DNA of 64,000 bases from Candidatus Bathyarchaeia archaeon (GTDB lineage: Archaea; Thermoproteota; Bathyarchaeia; Bathyarchaeales; Bathycorpusculaceae). How positions within the stretch are numbered: position 1 is the first letter of the stretch; every line of letters begins with the position of its first letter. Both the position numbers and the translations under genes were made by a program. Below the pieces are notes generated by a model. It had not been told where the DNA came from and made no database searches. It saw only the letters and a program-made list of their open reading frames with translations. Below are positions 47,781 to 58,400 of this stretch, piece by piece. Location of the stretch: the NCBI GenBank assembly GCA_049521795.1, contig JBEKOM010000001.1:512001-576000 (forward strand), read 5' to 3'.

Positions 47781-48928
47781 GCAGCCCTCTTTATTGCGTC
47801 AAGAATCTCCGTTGGAGTGTGCGGTTCTTCCCCGAGCTTGGAGAGAAAAGTCACGGGCGTTTCTTTTGCTGCCCTTTCTACTTCTCGCACGAGCTGTCCG
47901 CAGTTCATCTCAGGAACGGCGATTGCTCGAACGTGCTGTGCGACTTTTGCCACGTGTTCTTCTGGAAACGGCCACAGCGTGATCAGGCGTAGCAATCCTG
48001 CCTTGATTCCTTTTTCTCTTGCCTTCCTTATGGCGCTCAACGCGGACCGCGCAACTATGCCGTACGCTACGACGGCGACATCCGCATCGTCGAGCATAAC
48101 TTCTTCAACTCTCACTATCCTGTCAGCGTTCTTCTGTATCTTTTCGCACAGCCTGTTGACCAGCCTTGTCTGGTCTTCAGAGCTTGAAGTCCTAGGATAA
48201 CCGCTCTCGTTGTGCGTTAAGCCCGTGGCATGGAAATGGTATCCCTCTCCGAAGCAGGCCATAGGCGGAACCAAATCGTCATCAGGCAAGAACGGCTTAT
48301 ACTCTTCCGGTGACACCGTCGGCTTCTTGCGGTTAACTATCCTCACCTTGTCCATCGGCGGAATGACCACTTTTTCCCACATGTGGCCAACGATCTCGTC
48401 GGCCATCAGGAGCGTCGGCACTCTGAACGTTTCAGAAAGGTTGAAAGCCTCAACCGTGAGGTCGAACATCTCCTGAACAGAAGAAGGCGTCAGCGCAATT
48501 ATACCATAGTCTCCATGCGAGCCCCATTTTGCCTGCATGACATCCTGCTGCCCAGGCATCGTTGGCTGTCCAGTGCTCGGTCCAGCTCGCATAACGTCCA
48601 CGATGACGCAAGGCGCTTCTGTCATAACGGCGAGTCCAATGTTTTCCTGCATCAGGCTAAAGCCCGGTCCAGAAGTGGCCGTCATCGCTTTCAAACCAGA
48701 ATATGAGGCGCCGATCACCGCCGCAAGCGAAGCGATCTCGTCTTCCATCTGTACGTAAATTCCGCCAAGCTCAGGCATCCTCATAGACAGGGTTTCCGCA
48801 ATCTCCGTTGCGGGTGTGATCGGGTAGCCCGCGAAAAACCGGCAGCCCGCAACAAGCGCGGCCTCAGCGCATGCTACGTCGCCGTTCAGGAAATGTGCGC
48901 CTGTCATTATGTTCTTAGCTTTTAGCAT
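47777..48928 (-). CDS. korA: 2-oxoacid:ferredoxin oxidoreductase alpha subunit
   Basis: AGYPITPATE, QMEDE, ATSGPG, R.GPSTG.PT, PEMN.GQ. Confidence 0.94.
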   Translation of the reverse strand: MLKAKNIMTGAHFLNGDVACAEAALVAGCRFFAGYPITPATEIAETLSMRMPELGGIYVQMEDEIASLAAVIGASYSGLKAMTATSGPGFSLMQENIGLAVMTEAPCVIVDVMRAGPSTGQPTMPGQQDVMQAKWGSHGDYGIIALTPSSVQEMFDLTVEAFNLSETFRVPTLLMADEIVGHMWEKVVIPPMDKVRIVNRKKPTVSPEEYKPFLPDDDLVPPMACFGEGYHFHATGLTHNESGYPRTSSSEDQTRLVNRLCEKIQKNADRIVRVEEVMLDDADVAVVAYGIVARSALSAIRKAREKGIKAGLLRLITLWPFPEEHVAKVAQHVRAIAVPEMNCGQLVREVERAAKETPVTFLSKLGEEPHTPTEILDAIKRAA

Positions 48929-49208
48929 GCTTCACGTCCTTCTCGTTTGGTTTTTCAACGACAAAAATCGCGAAATCTGGGCAGACCGCGGTGCAGAAGC
49001 CGCAGTTCATGCACTTGCTTTCGTCCACGACTCTCGGAGGGTGAACTCCCCTCGCGTTTATTTCATCAGATTCTTCCAGGACTTTCCGTGGGCAATACTC
49101 GATGCAGTAGCCGCATCCTTTGCACTCATCCTTGATCAGATGGATTTCTGTCTTCACCTGTTTTATCGTTTCTTTGTCTAGCGCGGCGTGCCGAATTCTT
49201 TCAGGCAT
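48915..49208 (-). CDS. korD: 2-oxoacid:ferredoxin oxidoreductase delta subunit (2x[4Fe-4S])
   Basis: CKGCGYCIEYCP and CMNCGFCTAVCPDFAI. Confidence 0.9.
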   Translation of the reverse strand: MPERIRHAALDKETIKQVKTEIHLIKDECKGCGYCIEYCPRKVLEESDEINARGVHPPRVVDESKCMNCGFCTAVCPDFAIFVVEKPNEKDVKHAKS

Positions 49209-49211
49209 GTG

Positions 49212-51647
49212 CTAACTTCCTTCCAAAGCTTTCTTAAAGACTTCTTTGGCCTTTTCAATTTCCTCTGGCTTGACTTTGTCCACTGTCGACTTCATCTCGC
49301 GGATTTTTGAAGCGAACTTTTCGCCCTCGGCGGCTGAACACCATAGAAGCTGTAGTCTTTCCTTGTTCAGTCCGGTCTGCTCCATCTTCTTCCAGAATCG
49401 TTCCACCCGCTTTTGAGTTTGGTAGTTAGCGTTAATGTAGTGGCAGTCTCCGATGTGGCAGCCGCTAACCAAGACCGTTGCGGCTCCTCTTGCGAACGCT
49501 CTTTCAATAAACTTGGGTGCCACGCGGCCGGAACACATGGTTCTTATTATGCGCACGTTCGGCGGGTACTGCATTCTGCTGACTCCCGCGAAGTCTGCGC
49601 CCGCGTAGGAGCACCAGTTGCAGTTGAACGCCACGATCTTCTTGTCTGCGTCGTGCTCCGTGACGGCGTCTATCTGTCCGATTATCTGGTCATCAGTGAA
49701 ATGGCTCTGCGTGATCGCGCCGAAGGCGCATTCTGCTGCGCACGTTCCGCATCCACTGCAGGCAGCCTCGATGATTTCGATGCACTTCTTTTCCTTGTTG
49801 AGAATAATCGCGTTGTACGGGCAGACATTCACGCATAGTCCGCACGCTTTGCATTTTTCTGGAAAAACTATGGGCGTGATGGCTTCAACGGTCACTTTTC
49901 CTTTCGCCATCAGTATGCCTGCACGCGCTGCCGCCGCGCTTGCCTGGGTCACACTGTCCCTTATGTCCTTGGGAGACTCGGCGCAGCCGGCGAAGAAGAC
50001 GCCGCCTGTTGCAGCGTCCACGGGCCTCAGCTTGGGGTGTGCTTCCAAGAAGAAACCATCCTGGTTTCTTGACAGCGTCAACAGACGCTGGATCATCTCG
50101 CTGTCCTTTCTGGCTTCTAAGCCTACTGAGAGAATGGCCATGTCAGCTCTTATCCTGTAAACTTCGTTTTTCAGTGTGTTCTCTCCGATGAGCCAAAGAT
50201 TGTGGGTTTTCCTGTTCTCCTTTATCTCTGCTGGCAACCCGCGAATGAACACGACGCCCTCTCCTCTGGCCCGTTTGTAAAGGTCTTCGAAGCCTTTTCC
50301 GTAGGCTCTTATGTCAACGTAGAACACGTAGATCTCGGTGTCCGGCCAGTGCTCCTTGATGAGCAAGCTGTCCTTAATTGTGTTCATGCAGCAGACATTG
50401 CTGCAGTAAAGCTTTCCAGCCTTGTCCGAACGGGAGCCCACGCACTGGACGAACGCTACGCGTTTCGGAATCTGTTTGTCACTGGGCCTTATCAGGTGTC
50501 CGCCTGACGGGCCGCCTGCGTTGATTAACCTCTCGAACTCGAGTGAGGTGATGACGTTTGGAAACTTGCCGTAGCCATAGTTGGGCAACACTGAAGGGTC
50601 AAAAACGTCTGCGCCCGTCGCGACTATTATCGTGCCAACTTCGACCTCTTGGGTTTCAGGCTTCATCTCGAACTTTATCGCTTGCCTTTCGCATGCTTTA
50701 ATGCACTTGTCGCAAACGATCACGCCTTCCTTGTTGAGGCAGAGGTTCATGTCAACAATGTACGTGGACGGAACCGCCTGCGCAAACGGTGTGAAAATCC
50801 CGTGTCTTGTGGCTAATCCCACGTCAAACTCGTTTGGAGCAACTATCGGGCAGACTGTCACGCATTCTCTGCAGGCTGAACAGTCCTTAGTGACGTAGCG
50901 TGGTTTCTTGAGCACTTTAACGTGGAAGTTGCCGATGTACCCCTTCACCTCCGTAACTTCGCTGTTGGTCAACAACTCAATGTTCGGATGATGGCCCACA
51001 TCGGACATTTTTGGCGCCAGTATGCAAATCGAGCAGTCCATCGTTGGGAAAGTCTTGTCTATACGCGCCATCATCCCGCCTATGCTGGGCTCTTTCTCAA
51101 CCACGTACACGCTGTAACCAGTGTCCGCAAGGTCCAGAGCAGCTTGGATACCAGCAACTCCACCGCCTATGACCAGAGCCTTTCGGGTGATCGGCACTTC
51201 AGCCTCTATTGCGGGCTGAAGCAAAGCAGCCTTAGCCACGGCCATCTTAACCAAGTCTTTGGCCTTTTCTGTAGCTGCCTCGCGGTCGTGGAGGTGAACC
51301 CAACTGCAGTGTTCACGGATGTTGGCCATTTCGAAAAGGTACTTGTTGAGTCCCGCTTCTTCGCATGCTTTCCTGAAGGTCGGTTCGTGAAGCCTGGGGG
51401 AGCACGATGCAACCACAACTCGATTTAGCCTCTGCTCTTTGATGTCCTTCTTTATGCCTGCCTGACCCTGATCTGAACACGTGTAACGGTTATCCTGAGC
51501 CAGGACAACGTGCGGCAACGTGCCCGCAAACTTTGCTACTTCAGCGCAGTCCACGGAGCCAGCGATGTTCAAGCCACAGTGGCAGACGTACACTCCTATG
51601 CGAGGTTCTTCTTTCTGTTTTGACTGTGGTTCCTTGTTTTCTGGCAT
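49212..51647 (-). CDS. hdrA: HdrA-MvhD fusion protein
   Basis: Full HdrA motifs followed by MvhD motifs CNWCSYAGAD, MCSGRV, GCHIGDCHY. Confidence 0.94.
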   Translation of the reverse strand: MPENKEPQSKQKEEPRIGVYVCHCGLNIAGSVDCAEVAKFAGTLPHVVLAQDNRYTCSDQGQAGIKKDIKEQRLNRVVVASCSPRLHEPTFRKACEEAGLNKYLFEMANIREHCSWVHLHDREAATEKAKDLVKMAVAKAALLQPAIEAEVPITRKALVIGGGVAGIQAALDLADTGYSVYVVEKEPSIGGMMARIDKTFPTMDCSICILAPKMSDVGHHPNIELLTNSEVTEVKGYIGNFHVKVLKKPRYVTKDCSACRECVTVCPIVAPNEFDVGLATRHGIFTPFAQAVPSTYIVDMNLCLNKEGVIVCDKCIKACERQAIKFEMKPETQEVEVGTIIVATGADVFDPSVLPNYGYGKFPNVITSLEFERLINAGGPSGGHLIRPSDKQIPKRVAFVQCVGSRSDKAGKLYCSNVCCMNTIKDSLLIKEHWPDTEIYVFYVDIRAYGKGFEDLYKRARGEGVVFIRGLPAEIKENRKTHNLWLIGENTLKNEVYRIRADMAILSVGLEARKDSEMIQRLLTLSRNQDGFFLEAHPKLRPVDAATGGVFFAGCAESPKDIRDSVTQASAAAARAGILMAKGKVTVEAITPIVFPEKCKACGLCVNVCPYNAIILNKEKKCIEIIEAACSGCGTCAAECAFGAITQSHFTDDQIIGQIDAVTEHDADKKIVAFNCNWCSYAGADFAGVSRMQYPPNVRIIRTMCSGRVAPKFIERAFARGAATVLVSGCHIGDCHYINANYQTQKRVERFWKKMEQTGLNKERLQLLWCSAAEGEKFASKIREMKSTVDKVKPEEIEKAKEVFKKALEGS

Positions 51648-51651
51648 CAGT

Positions 51652-53088
51652 TTATCCTTCTCTCAAAGGTTTCATGTGGTTCTCAATCGATTCTGCCGCG
51701 CGTTTTCCATCTCGGATTGCCTCTATCACGGAAGCTGGTCCGCTAACGGTGTCTCCGCCTCCGAAAACTCCTGGCAGGCTGGTCTCCATCGTTATCGGGT
51801 CCACCCAGAGCGTTCCATCTTCGTTTAACTCAACATCTTTCGGCAAAAACGCGAGATCAGGAGATTCGCCTATCGCAAGAATAACCATGTCCGTTTCCCG
51901 CTTGAACTCCGACCCTTCCACCGGAATCGCCTTTCTCCGGCCAGTTTCATCTGGCTCACCCAGCTGCATGCGGACGCACTCAATCGCGCAGACTTTGTCG
52001 TTTTCACCCAGAATCTTCTTGGGCGAGACGAGAAATTCGATTTTCACCCCTTCATGTTCAGCCTCTTCAACTTCGCGTGGGTTTGCGGGCATTTCATCCT
52101 CGGACCTGCGGTAAAGAATAGCTACTTCGTTTGCTCCGAGGCAGCGTGCTGTTCTAGCCGCGTCCACGGCAACGTTTCCTCCGCCTACCACAACGACGCT
52201 TTTTCCAACGTCGACCTTCTTACCGAGGTTCGAGTCCCACAGAAAATCAAGAGCGTTAGTCACTCCTTTCAAGTCCGAGCCTTCAGCCTTCAGTTTTTGA
52301 CTCCTGTGGGCTCCTGCGCCTATGAAAACCGTCTTGTAACCTTCTTTCTTCAAATCCGCAAAGCCCATGTCCTTGCCAATCTTGATGCCCGTTTTGATTT
52401 CCACGCCTAGGTTCTTTATGAACTGAATCTCTTTGGCAACGACCTGTTTTGGCAAGCGATTCTGCGGTATGCCTTTCCTCAGCATCCCGCCTGGTTCTGA
52501 AAGAGCTTCAAAAACTGTGACCGCGTATCCTTTTCGTCTCAACTCGTAGGCAACGGTGAGTCCAGCAGGGCCAGAACCGATGACCGCAACTTTCTCCTTC
52601 GCAGACTTCGTTGCTTTCTCTCTCTTCTTCATCTTGAACAATTCTTCCCGCATTTGCTCAATTTTCTCCAAGACAGTCTCCTTTTTCAGTCCAGCACGTT
52701 CTGGATGAAAACAGACTAAGGTCGTCACAAGTGGAAGGGGAACATTTTCTACGATCTTCTGAAGGGCTTTGTCAAAGGCTTGCGTGTGCCCTTGGGTTAC
52801 TGCAGTTGACCGCATGAGCAAGAATATTTCTGGCAGGTTCAATGCTTGGGGGCAACGGTTGTGACATCGATAACACCATGCGCAGGCCCATATTGCCTCC
52901 GAGGCCAAGACTTTTTCAGGGTTCGAGTAGATGTCTTCGAGAAGTCGTCTGGGGCTGTACTCGTTTCCCAGCATCTCAGCCATAGAACAGCTGGCTGTGC
53001 AGATGCCGCATTCAAAGCAGTTTTTCAGCTTCTTGGCGTCCAGTATTTTTTCTACGACTTCTTTGGTGATGGAGGTTGAGCTTTCCAA
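51652..53088 (-). CDS. HdrC-like Fe-S domain fused to GltD/NfnB-like FAD/NAD(P)H oxidoreductase
   Basis: CFECGICTASC and WACAWCYRCHNRCPQ, then VIGSGPAG, GGMLR.GIP..RLP, GGGNVAVD, YRRS, GGD...GP; TTG start at 53088 inferred. Confidence 0.85.
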   Translation of the reverse strand: MESSTSITKEVVEKILDAKKLKNCFECGICTASCSMAEMLGNEYSPRRLLEDIYSNPEKVLASEAIWACAWCYRCHNRCPQALNLPEIFLLMRSTAVTQGHTQAFDKALQKIVENVPLPLVTTLVCFHPERAGLKKETVLEKIEQMREELFKMKKREKATKSAKEKVAVIGSGPAGLTVAYELRRKGYAVTVFEALSEPGGMLRKGIPQNRLPKQVVAKEIQFIKNLGVEIKTGIKIGKDMGFADLKKEGYKTVFIGAGAHRSQKLKAEGSDLKGVTNALDFLWDSNLGKKVDVGKSVVVVGGGNVAVDAARTARCLGANEVAILYRRSEDEMPANPREVEEAEHEGVKIEFLVSPKKILGENDKVCAIECVRMQLGEPDETGRRKAIPVEGSEFKRETDMVILAIGESPDLAFLPKDVELNEDGTLWVDPITMETSLPGVFGGGDTVSGPASVIEAIRDGKRAAESIENHMKPLREG

Positions 53089-53215
53089 CGCCGTGGGCCC
53101 TCTCAAGTACTGGGGTTGCCAGAGATATAAAAGTTTACAAACGTAAAGGTTTTGAATGAACATACGAGCCGCGAGTTGTTTCGAGTGCACTTTATATGAT
53201 GAGACACAATAGAGC

Positions 53216-54274
53216 ATGAACCTAAAGGAGAAGGTTTCGGTGGAAAAAGTGAAGGTCCTATCCTACGGCGTAGGCGTCGTCGGCGGTTACATCGCGAAAT
53301 ACTTGCTTGAAAAAGAAGGAGTGCAAGTCATCGGTGCAGTCGACGTCGCCAAGGACAAGGTCGGCAGGGACCTGGGCGAAGTTCTTGGGCTTAAAAAGAG
53401 AGTTGGTGTAACAGTCTGTGGCAACATCGATTCAGCCCTTTCGACGGTTAAAGCTGACATTGCAGTTCACACTACATCTTCCTACCTGAAGGACACCTTT
53501 GTACAAATAGCCTCAATCATGGAACACGGAGTCAACGTCATATCAACCTGCGAAGAGCTGTCTTATCCATACGTTTCTGAACCAAGGCTTGCGAAAAAGC
53601 TTGACGCCTTGGCCAAGAAGCACGACGTGACGGTCTTGGGAACGGGCATAAACCCGGGCTTTCTCATGGATGCTCTTGTCATAACGCTGACCGCGCCATG
53701 TCAGAAGATAGAGAAGATCGAGGCAGTCAGAGTCATGAACGCTGCTACGAGGCGTTTACCCTTCCAGAAGAAGATAGGTGCCGGTCTGTCAGTTCAAGAG
53801 TTCACGCGGAAGATCGCGAACAAACAGATCACGGGCCATGTTGGTCTTGAGCAATCCATCGCCATGATCGCTGACGCTTTAGCTTGGAAACTCGACAAAA
53901 TGGTCGTGCAGCCCGCAGAGGCGGTGATCGCAAAGAAACCTGTCGAGAGCAAAGACATAAGGGTCAGCGCAGGAAAAGTGGCCGGTCTTAAACAAAAAGC
54001 AAAAGGCATTGCCAAAGACAAAGAAGTCATAGTCTTAGACTTCAGGGCTTACATAGGGGCTGAAGAAGAGTACGACGCAGTAACGATCAAGGGCGTGCCA
54101 GAAATCAGACAGAGAATAAGTCCATGCGTACATGGCGACTTGGGAACAGTAGCGATGATCGTCAACTCGATTCCGAAAGTGATCAACGCGCCTGCTGGCT
54201 TGTTTACGATGAAGGACCTGCCCGTTCCGTCGGCTGCACTCGAAGACATGCGAAAATACATGAAAACAGTTTGA
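53216..54274 (+). CDS. 2,4-diaminopentanoate dehydrogenase-like / DapB-like NAD(P) oxidoreductase
   Basis: YGVGVVG Rossmann motif, STCEELSYP, LGTGINPGF, GHVGL, GDLGT. Confidence 0.78.
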   Translation: MNLKEKVSVEKVKVLSYGVGVVGGYIAKYLLEKEGVQVIGAVDVAKDKVGRDLGEVLGLKKRVGVTVCGNIDSALSTVKADIAVHTTSSYLKDTFVQIASIMEHGVNVISTCEELSYPYVSEPRLAKKLDALAKKHDVTVLGTGINPGFLMDALVITLTAPCQKIEKIEAVRVMNAATRRLPFQKKIGAGLSVQEFTRKIANKQITGHVGLEQSIAMIADALAWKLDKMVVQPAEAVIAKKPVESKDIRVSAGKVAGLKQKAKGIAKDKEVIVLDFRAYIGAEEEYDAVTIKGVPEIRQRISPCVHGDLGTVAMIVNSIPKVINAPAGLFTMKDLPVPSAALEDMRKYMKTV

Positions 54275-54324
54275 GTCGGCAGAGCTACAGTATTTATCAA
54301 GCTCGTGGGTAACAGTTCTTCATC

Positions 54325-54798
54325 ATGGTGACAACCGTGACAAAGACAGCAGGGGTTCATGAAAAAGGAACAGTCTCTCTAGTAGACGTGATAAACAGCA
54401 CCAAGGGCAAACGGGGTTTTCGAAAAGCCGGAGCGATTGCAGTGTTTATCGGCGTCGTGCGAGGAGAGGCGTTAAAGGGTGAAAAAGTCCAGAGGCTGGA
54501 GCTGCAAGCATATCAGGAAAAGGCAGACCAGGTGCTCACGAACATCTGCGACGACCTGAAAAGAAAGCCCGGCATAGTCGACGTGCAAATCCACCATCTA
54601 CTCGGTGAATTCCACGTTGGTGAGGACATCGTCTATGTTCTCGTTACAGGTTCTCATCGTGAAGAGGTTTTCCCTGTTCTGGAAGAGGCGGTTGAAAGGT
54701 ACAAGAAAGACGCACCTATCTTCAAGAAAGAATCAGTCACGACTGTGAAGGGCGAGAAAAGGGCTTACTGGTTGGAAGAACGAGAGAGCCATCGGTAA
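54325..54798 (+). CDS. moaE: Molybdopterin synthase catalytic subunit
   Basis: GAIAVFIGVVR, H..G.F.VGE, HREE.F, K..APIFKKE. Confidence 0.9.
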   Translation: MVTTVTKTAGVHEKGTVSLVDVINSTKGKRGFRKAGAIAVFIGVVRGEALKGEKVQRLELQAYQEKADQVLTNICDDLKRKPGIVDVQIHHLLGEFHVGEDIVYVLVTGSHREEVFPVLEEAVERYKKDAPIFKKESVTTVKGEKRAYWLEERESHR

Positions 54799-54843
54799 AA
54801 CTGTAATGAAACATTAGTTGCGTAACGAAACACTTAATCGTCC

Positions 54844-56656
54844 GTGCCTGTTTTTGAAGATAAGATGATTCATGTGACGAAGGCAAGCATTGCCTGGGAC
54901 CTGTCTGAGATTTTTCCGAGCACCACAGACCCCTCAGTCCAAGAATCCATCGATCACGTCACCAAAATGGCCGAGCAGTTTGCGGAGAAATACCAAGGAA
55001 AAATCAGAGGTCTGTCGGCAAAGGGTCTCCTAGAGTGCATCGAGGAGTTTGAGGTCTGTCAAGCCGAGCTCGGTGATATTTCCTTGTTTGCTGGCTTGGC
55101 GTTTGCGGCAGATATGACGTTGCCCGCCACTCAGATGCTTCACGACAAAGTGACGAAGACCGAGGCGAAATTGGGCAAGATGCTCGCGTTCTTTGAGCTT
55201 GAAGTTGGAGCTCTGGTTTCCCAAAAGCCAAGAATCTTCCTTGATCCGATGCTGACGAACTATGCGCACAGTTTGGAGAGACTTAAGCGAGAAGCCACCC
55301 ACAGGCTGTCTGAAGTTGAAGAGCAGCTGATCATCGAGAAAGACCAGTTTGGAGTTAAAGCTTGGGAAGAGTTGCAAAACAAGTGGCTCAACACTCGGAC
55401 GTTCGAAGTTGAAGTCGAAGGCAAGAAGAAGACAATTTCATTTGGCGAAGCGGGCGCCTTGCTGCCTCATCCTGACCGAGCCACTCGGGAGTCAGCAAAC
55501 AAATCGATTTACGGGCTTCTGGGAGAGGTCGGAGAGGTGTTCGCATCAGCTCTCAGAAACATCTGCAACGACTGGTTGAACATCTGCGAGAGAAGGAAAT
55601 ACGATTCTCCAATTGATGCGAGCATAATCGCAAACGATGTTGAGGAGCAAACTATCGAAAACCTGCTGAAGACAGTTGCGGACCACACCAGTCTCTACCA
55701 AAGATATCTAAGGCTAAAAGCCCGGCTTATGGAGCTTCCGAAACTCGGTTGCCACGACATAATTGCACCTTTACCGAATACCCCGCGCATGAAGTTTGAC
55801 TATGACAGGGCAAAGGATCTGATCATCCAAGCCTACAGCAAGTTCGATCAAGACTACGCCTTTGCCGTCAAAGACATGTATGCCAAAAACCACATGGATG
55901 CCTCACCAAGATTTGGCAAGCAAAACGGAGCCTTCAGCGCAAGCTGGTACAACGGAAAATCCGCCTTCATACTCAGCAGCCACAACGATACTCTGCGTGA
56001 CGTCTACACTCTCGCCCACGAACTCGGCCACGCGACTCATGACTATTATTCTCAACGGAGCCAGACAATCCTGAACCTTAAAATACCAATGGTCGTAGCG
56101 GAAACCGCTTCAACATTCGGCGAGTTACTGCTCACCGACCTTCTGCTCAGCAAAGCAGGGTCGGACAATGAAAAGAAAGCGATTCTCTGCTCAGTCCTTG
56201 ATGGGGCAGGAAGCATAATCTTCAGGGCAACAGCAAGAGCATGGTTTGAACAGAAGTTGTATGATGAGATCCGGAAAGGAGAATACCTGAACTATGAAGC
56301 CATATGCAACCATTGGAAGGAAGCAAGGGCCATGATCTTCAGCAACTCCGTAGAATGGTTTGATGAGTTGGAAGCAGAATGGACTGTACCGCCACACTAT
56401 TACATGGCCAACTTCAGATTTTACAATTACCCATACGTGTATGCCCAACTGTTCGTCTATGCCCTCTATCAGAAATACTTGGAAGAAGGCAGAGTTTGTT
56501 CCCAAACTCAAGAGAATCCTTTCAGCAGGCAGCAGCATATCTCCAAGAGAGATCGGCAAGATCGTCGGTCTTGACATAACCGACGTAAATTTCTGGAAAC
56601 TCGGAATGAACCAATACGAACATTTTCTCGCAGAACTCGAGAAGATCGCCAATTAG
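54844..56656 (+). pseudogene. pepF: M3B oligoendopeptidase F, frameshifted near 56488-56496 (true pseudogene or assembly indel)
   Basis: WDLSEIF, TLAHELGHA HExxH, AETASTFGE, HYY...FYNYPY; C-terminus EFVPKLKRILSAGSS...FW continues in another frame to 56656. Confidence 0.85.
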
Positions 56657-57125
56657 AGAGCACATCGATGCCGCTGATGGAGGATTTAAGAAACAAATGT
56701 GCGCTAAAGCAAAGAGGATTTGCTAGCAGAACGCAAGAGTCCTCAACGATTGCAAAAGTGCAAAAGGTTCTAGCGATTTTTCTATATAGAATAGATAGCT
56801 TTTGATAGAATATTTGGAAATTCCAAATATGCAAGGACTCCGATGTTTGTACGCGGAGGTACTGCGATGCAAAGAAGCAGCAGAAAAAGGAAACAGGATG
56901 AAAAACTGAGTGATCCCTGGTACTTTACGCATTCTTGAGGTTGACCTCTTCAATGCTGAACGAAGTCAAGGAAGATCGTGCACATCCAAACAAGAGAAAA
57001 GCCAAAGAACCGGCGACGAGACCAAACGCAGAGGTCATTGATTGGTTTTTGGCCATAGACTTGATACACGTATAATGATATGCGGATCAAGTTTCCAACG
57101 TAAATAGATTACAATAGAAACAGTC

Positions 57126-58202
57126 TCATTTTCTTTGAAACTGCCGACTTATGACAGATTCTACAGTCAGATTGAGGACAATTTCCCCGATGTCGGACGC
57201 GTATTCCGCTGTTCTTCTAACGCTTTCTATGATCAATCGGACGTTTGCAGCTTCTTCGACACCGATTTCCTGAGCCGCCAAAACAGCCTCTTTTTCCATG
57301 GCAAGGATGCCCTTCGTCTTTTCGATGGCATTCTCCGCAAGTTCAAAATCTCGTTTGAACAGAGATTCTATCGCGTTTTCAAAGATTGAAATGGCCAGTG
57401 AGCTCATGTCAAGAATCTTCTTGAGAATTCTCTCGTCGAGATGCTTCTTCAAAGGCAGAACATTTTCGGCGATGCTGACAGCGTGATCAGCCGTTCTTTC
57501 AACTGACTTGGTTACGAGCCGGTATCCGAGACATTCTCTTGCGTTAGCCAATCCTGTTTCTTTTATGATTGTTGGATTCTGTATAGCCATCTTAAGCTGA
57601 CGAATCACGTACAGGTTAAACCGGTCAACTTCATTATCAGTTGCCATAACCTCTTTTGCAAGCTGATGGTCCCCCTTCTGGAGAGCCACTATTGCGTCCT
57701 TGTGCATCGAAGCCGTGATTATTGCCATTCTTCGCAAGGCACTTTGCACGGAAAGCTCAGGATAGCTCAGCAGGACTTGTAATATCAACTCTGCAGGCGT
57801 ATCTGCAACTATCTCGGTTCCCACGAGCAGATCGCGCGCAAAGCTCTTCAATGAACTCCGTTGCTTTGAAGAGAGCTGCTGTCCGTCCTTGGCTTTGATG
57901 TGCACTGTGTTGTAACCGACCAGGTAGGCAGAAACTGTTTTCCGAATTATCGGGTCAGGCTGGTCCTTTGGCGAAACCATGACGTAGGCCTCTTGCAGTG
58001 GTTCTTGTTTTGCCAAGTCTGACGGCATTATTGACAATGATCCATCGTCTTCTGAACGTACGAGAATCGTACTACTCTTCTTCAGTTGATTCTGAATTAT
58101 CCATTTCTTTGGTAGAGAGATTACGTACGTTGAACCGCCTGTCAGCTGAAGTCTTCTCGTTTCTCCTTCCTGTTTTCTCGAAGCAGATGCCAGTCTACTC
58201 AT
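57126..58202 (-). CDS. Archaeal phosphate-uptake regulator (AbrB-like domain plus PhoU repeats)
   Basis: RRLQLTGGSTYVISLPKKW, DNEVDRF, ERTADHA, RRTAEYASDI. Confidence 0.9.
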   Translation of the reverse strand: MSRLASASRKQEGETRRLQLTGGSTYVISLPKKWIIQNQLKKSSTILVRSEDDGSLSIMPSDLAKQEPLQEAYVMVSPKDQPDPIIRKTVSAYLVGYNTVHIKAKDGQQLSSKQRSSLKSFARDLLVGTEIVADTPAELILQVLLSYPELSVQSALRRMAIITASMHKDAIVALQKGDHQLAKEVMATDNEVDRFNLYVIRQLKMAIQNPTIIKETGLANARECLGYRLVTKSVERTADHAVSIAENVLPLKKHLDERILKKILDMSSLAISIFENAIESLFKRDFELAENAIEKTKGILAMEKEAVLAAQEIGVEEAANVRLIIESVRRTAEYASDIGEIVLNLTVESVISRQFQRK

Positions 58203-58285
58203 ATTTATAGTCCAATACAATCTATTTATTAAATGTTTGTCTATATAGTTTATAAAGAATATATAAGCAACCTATATAATTACCC
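58203..58285. promoter_or_regulatory. AT-rich divergent promoter between the PhoU regulator and pstS
   Basis: Repeated CTATAT/TATATA words plus TTTATAAA TATA-like box. Confidence 0.45.
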
Positions 58286-58400
58286 CCGACCACCTTAGAA
58301 TCGAAAAAATAAAGCAAAACGATGAGATGTCAAGTATGAACTCAAAAGTGGTAGCACACGCAGAAACGGTCACTACAACGCAATTAAAGAAGGTGGAAAA

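Noticed and set aside
27980-51647. Selenocysteine recoding in HdrA or MvhD
   Set aside because: Both ORFs are uninterrupted, with Cys codons at the motif positions and no in-frame TGA.
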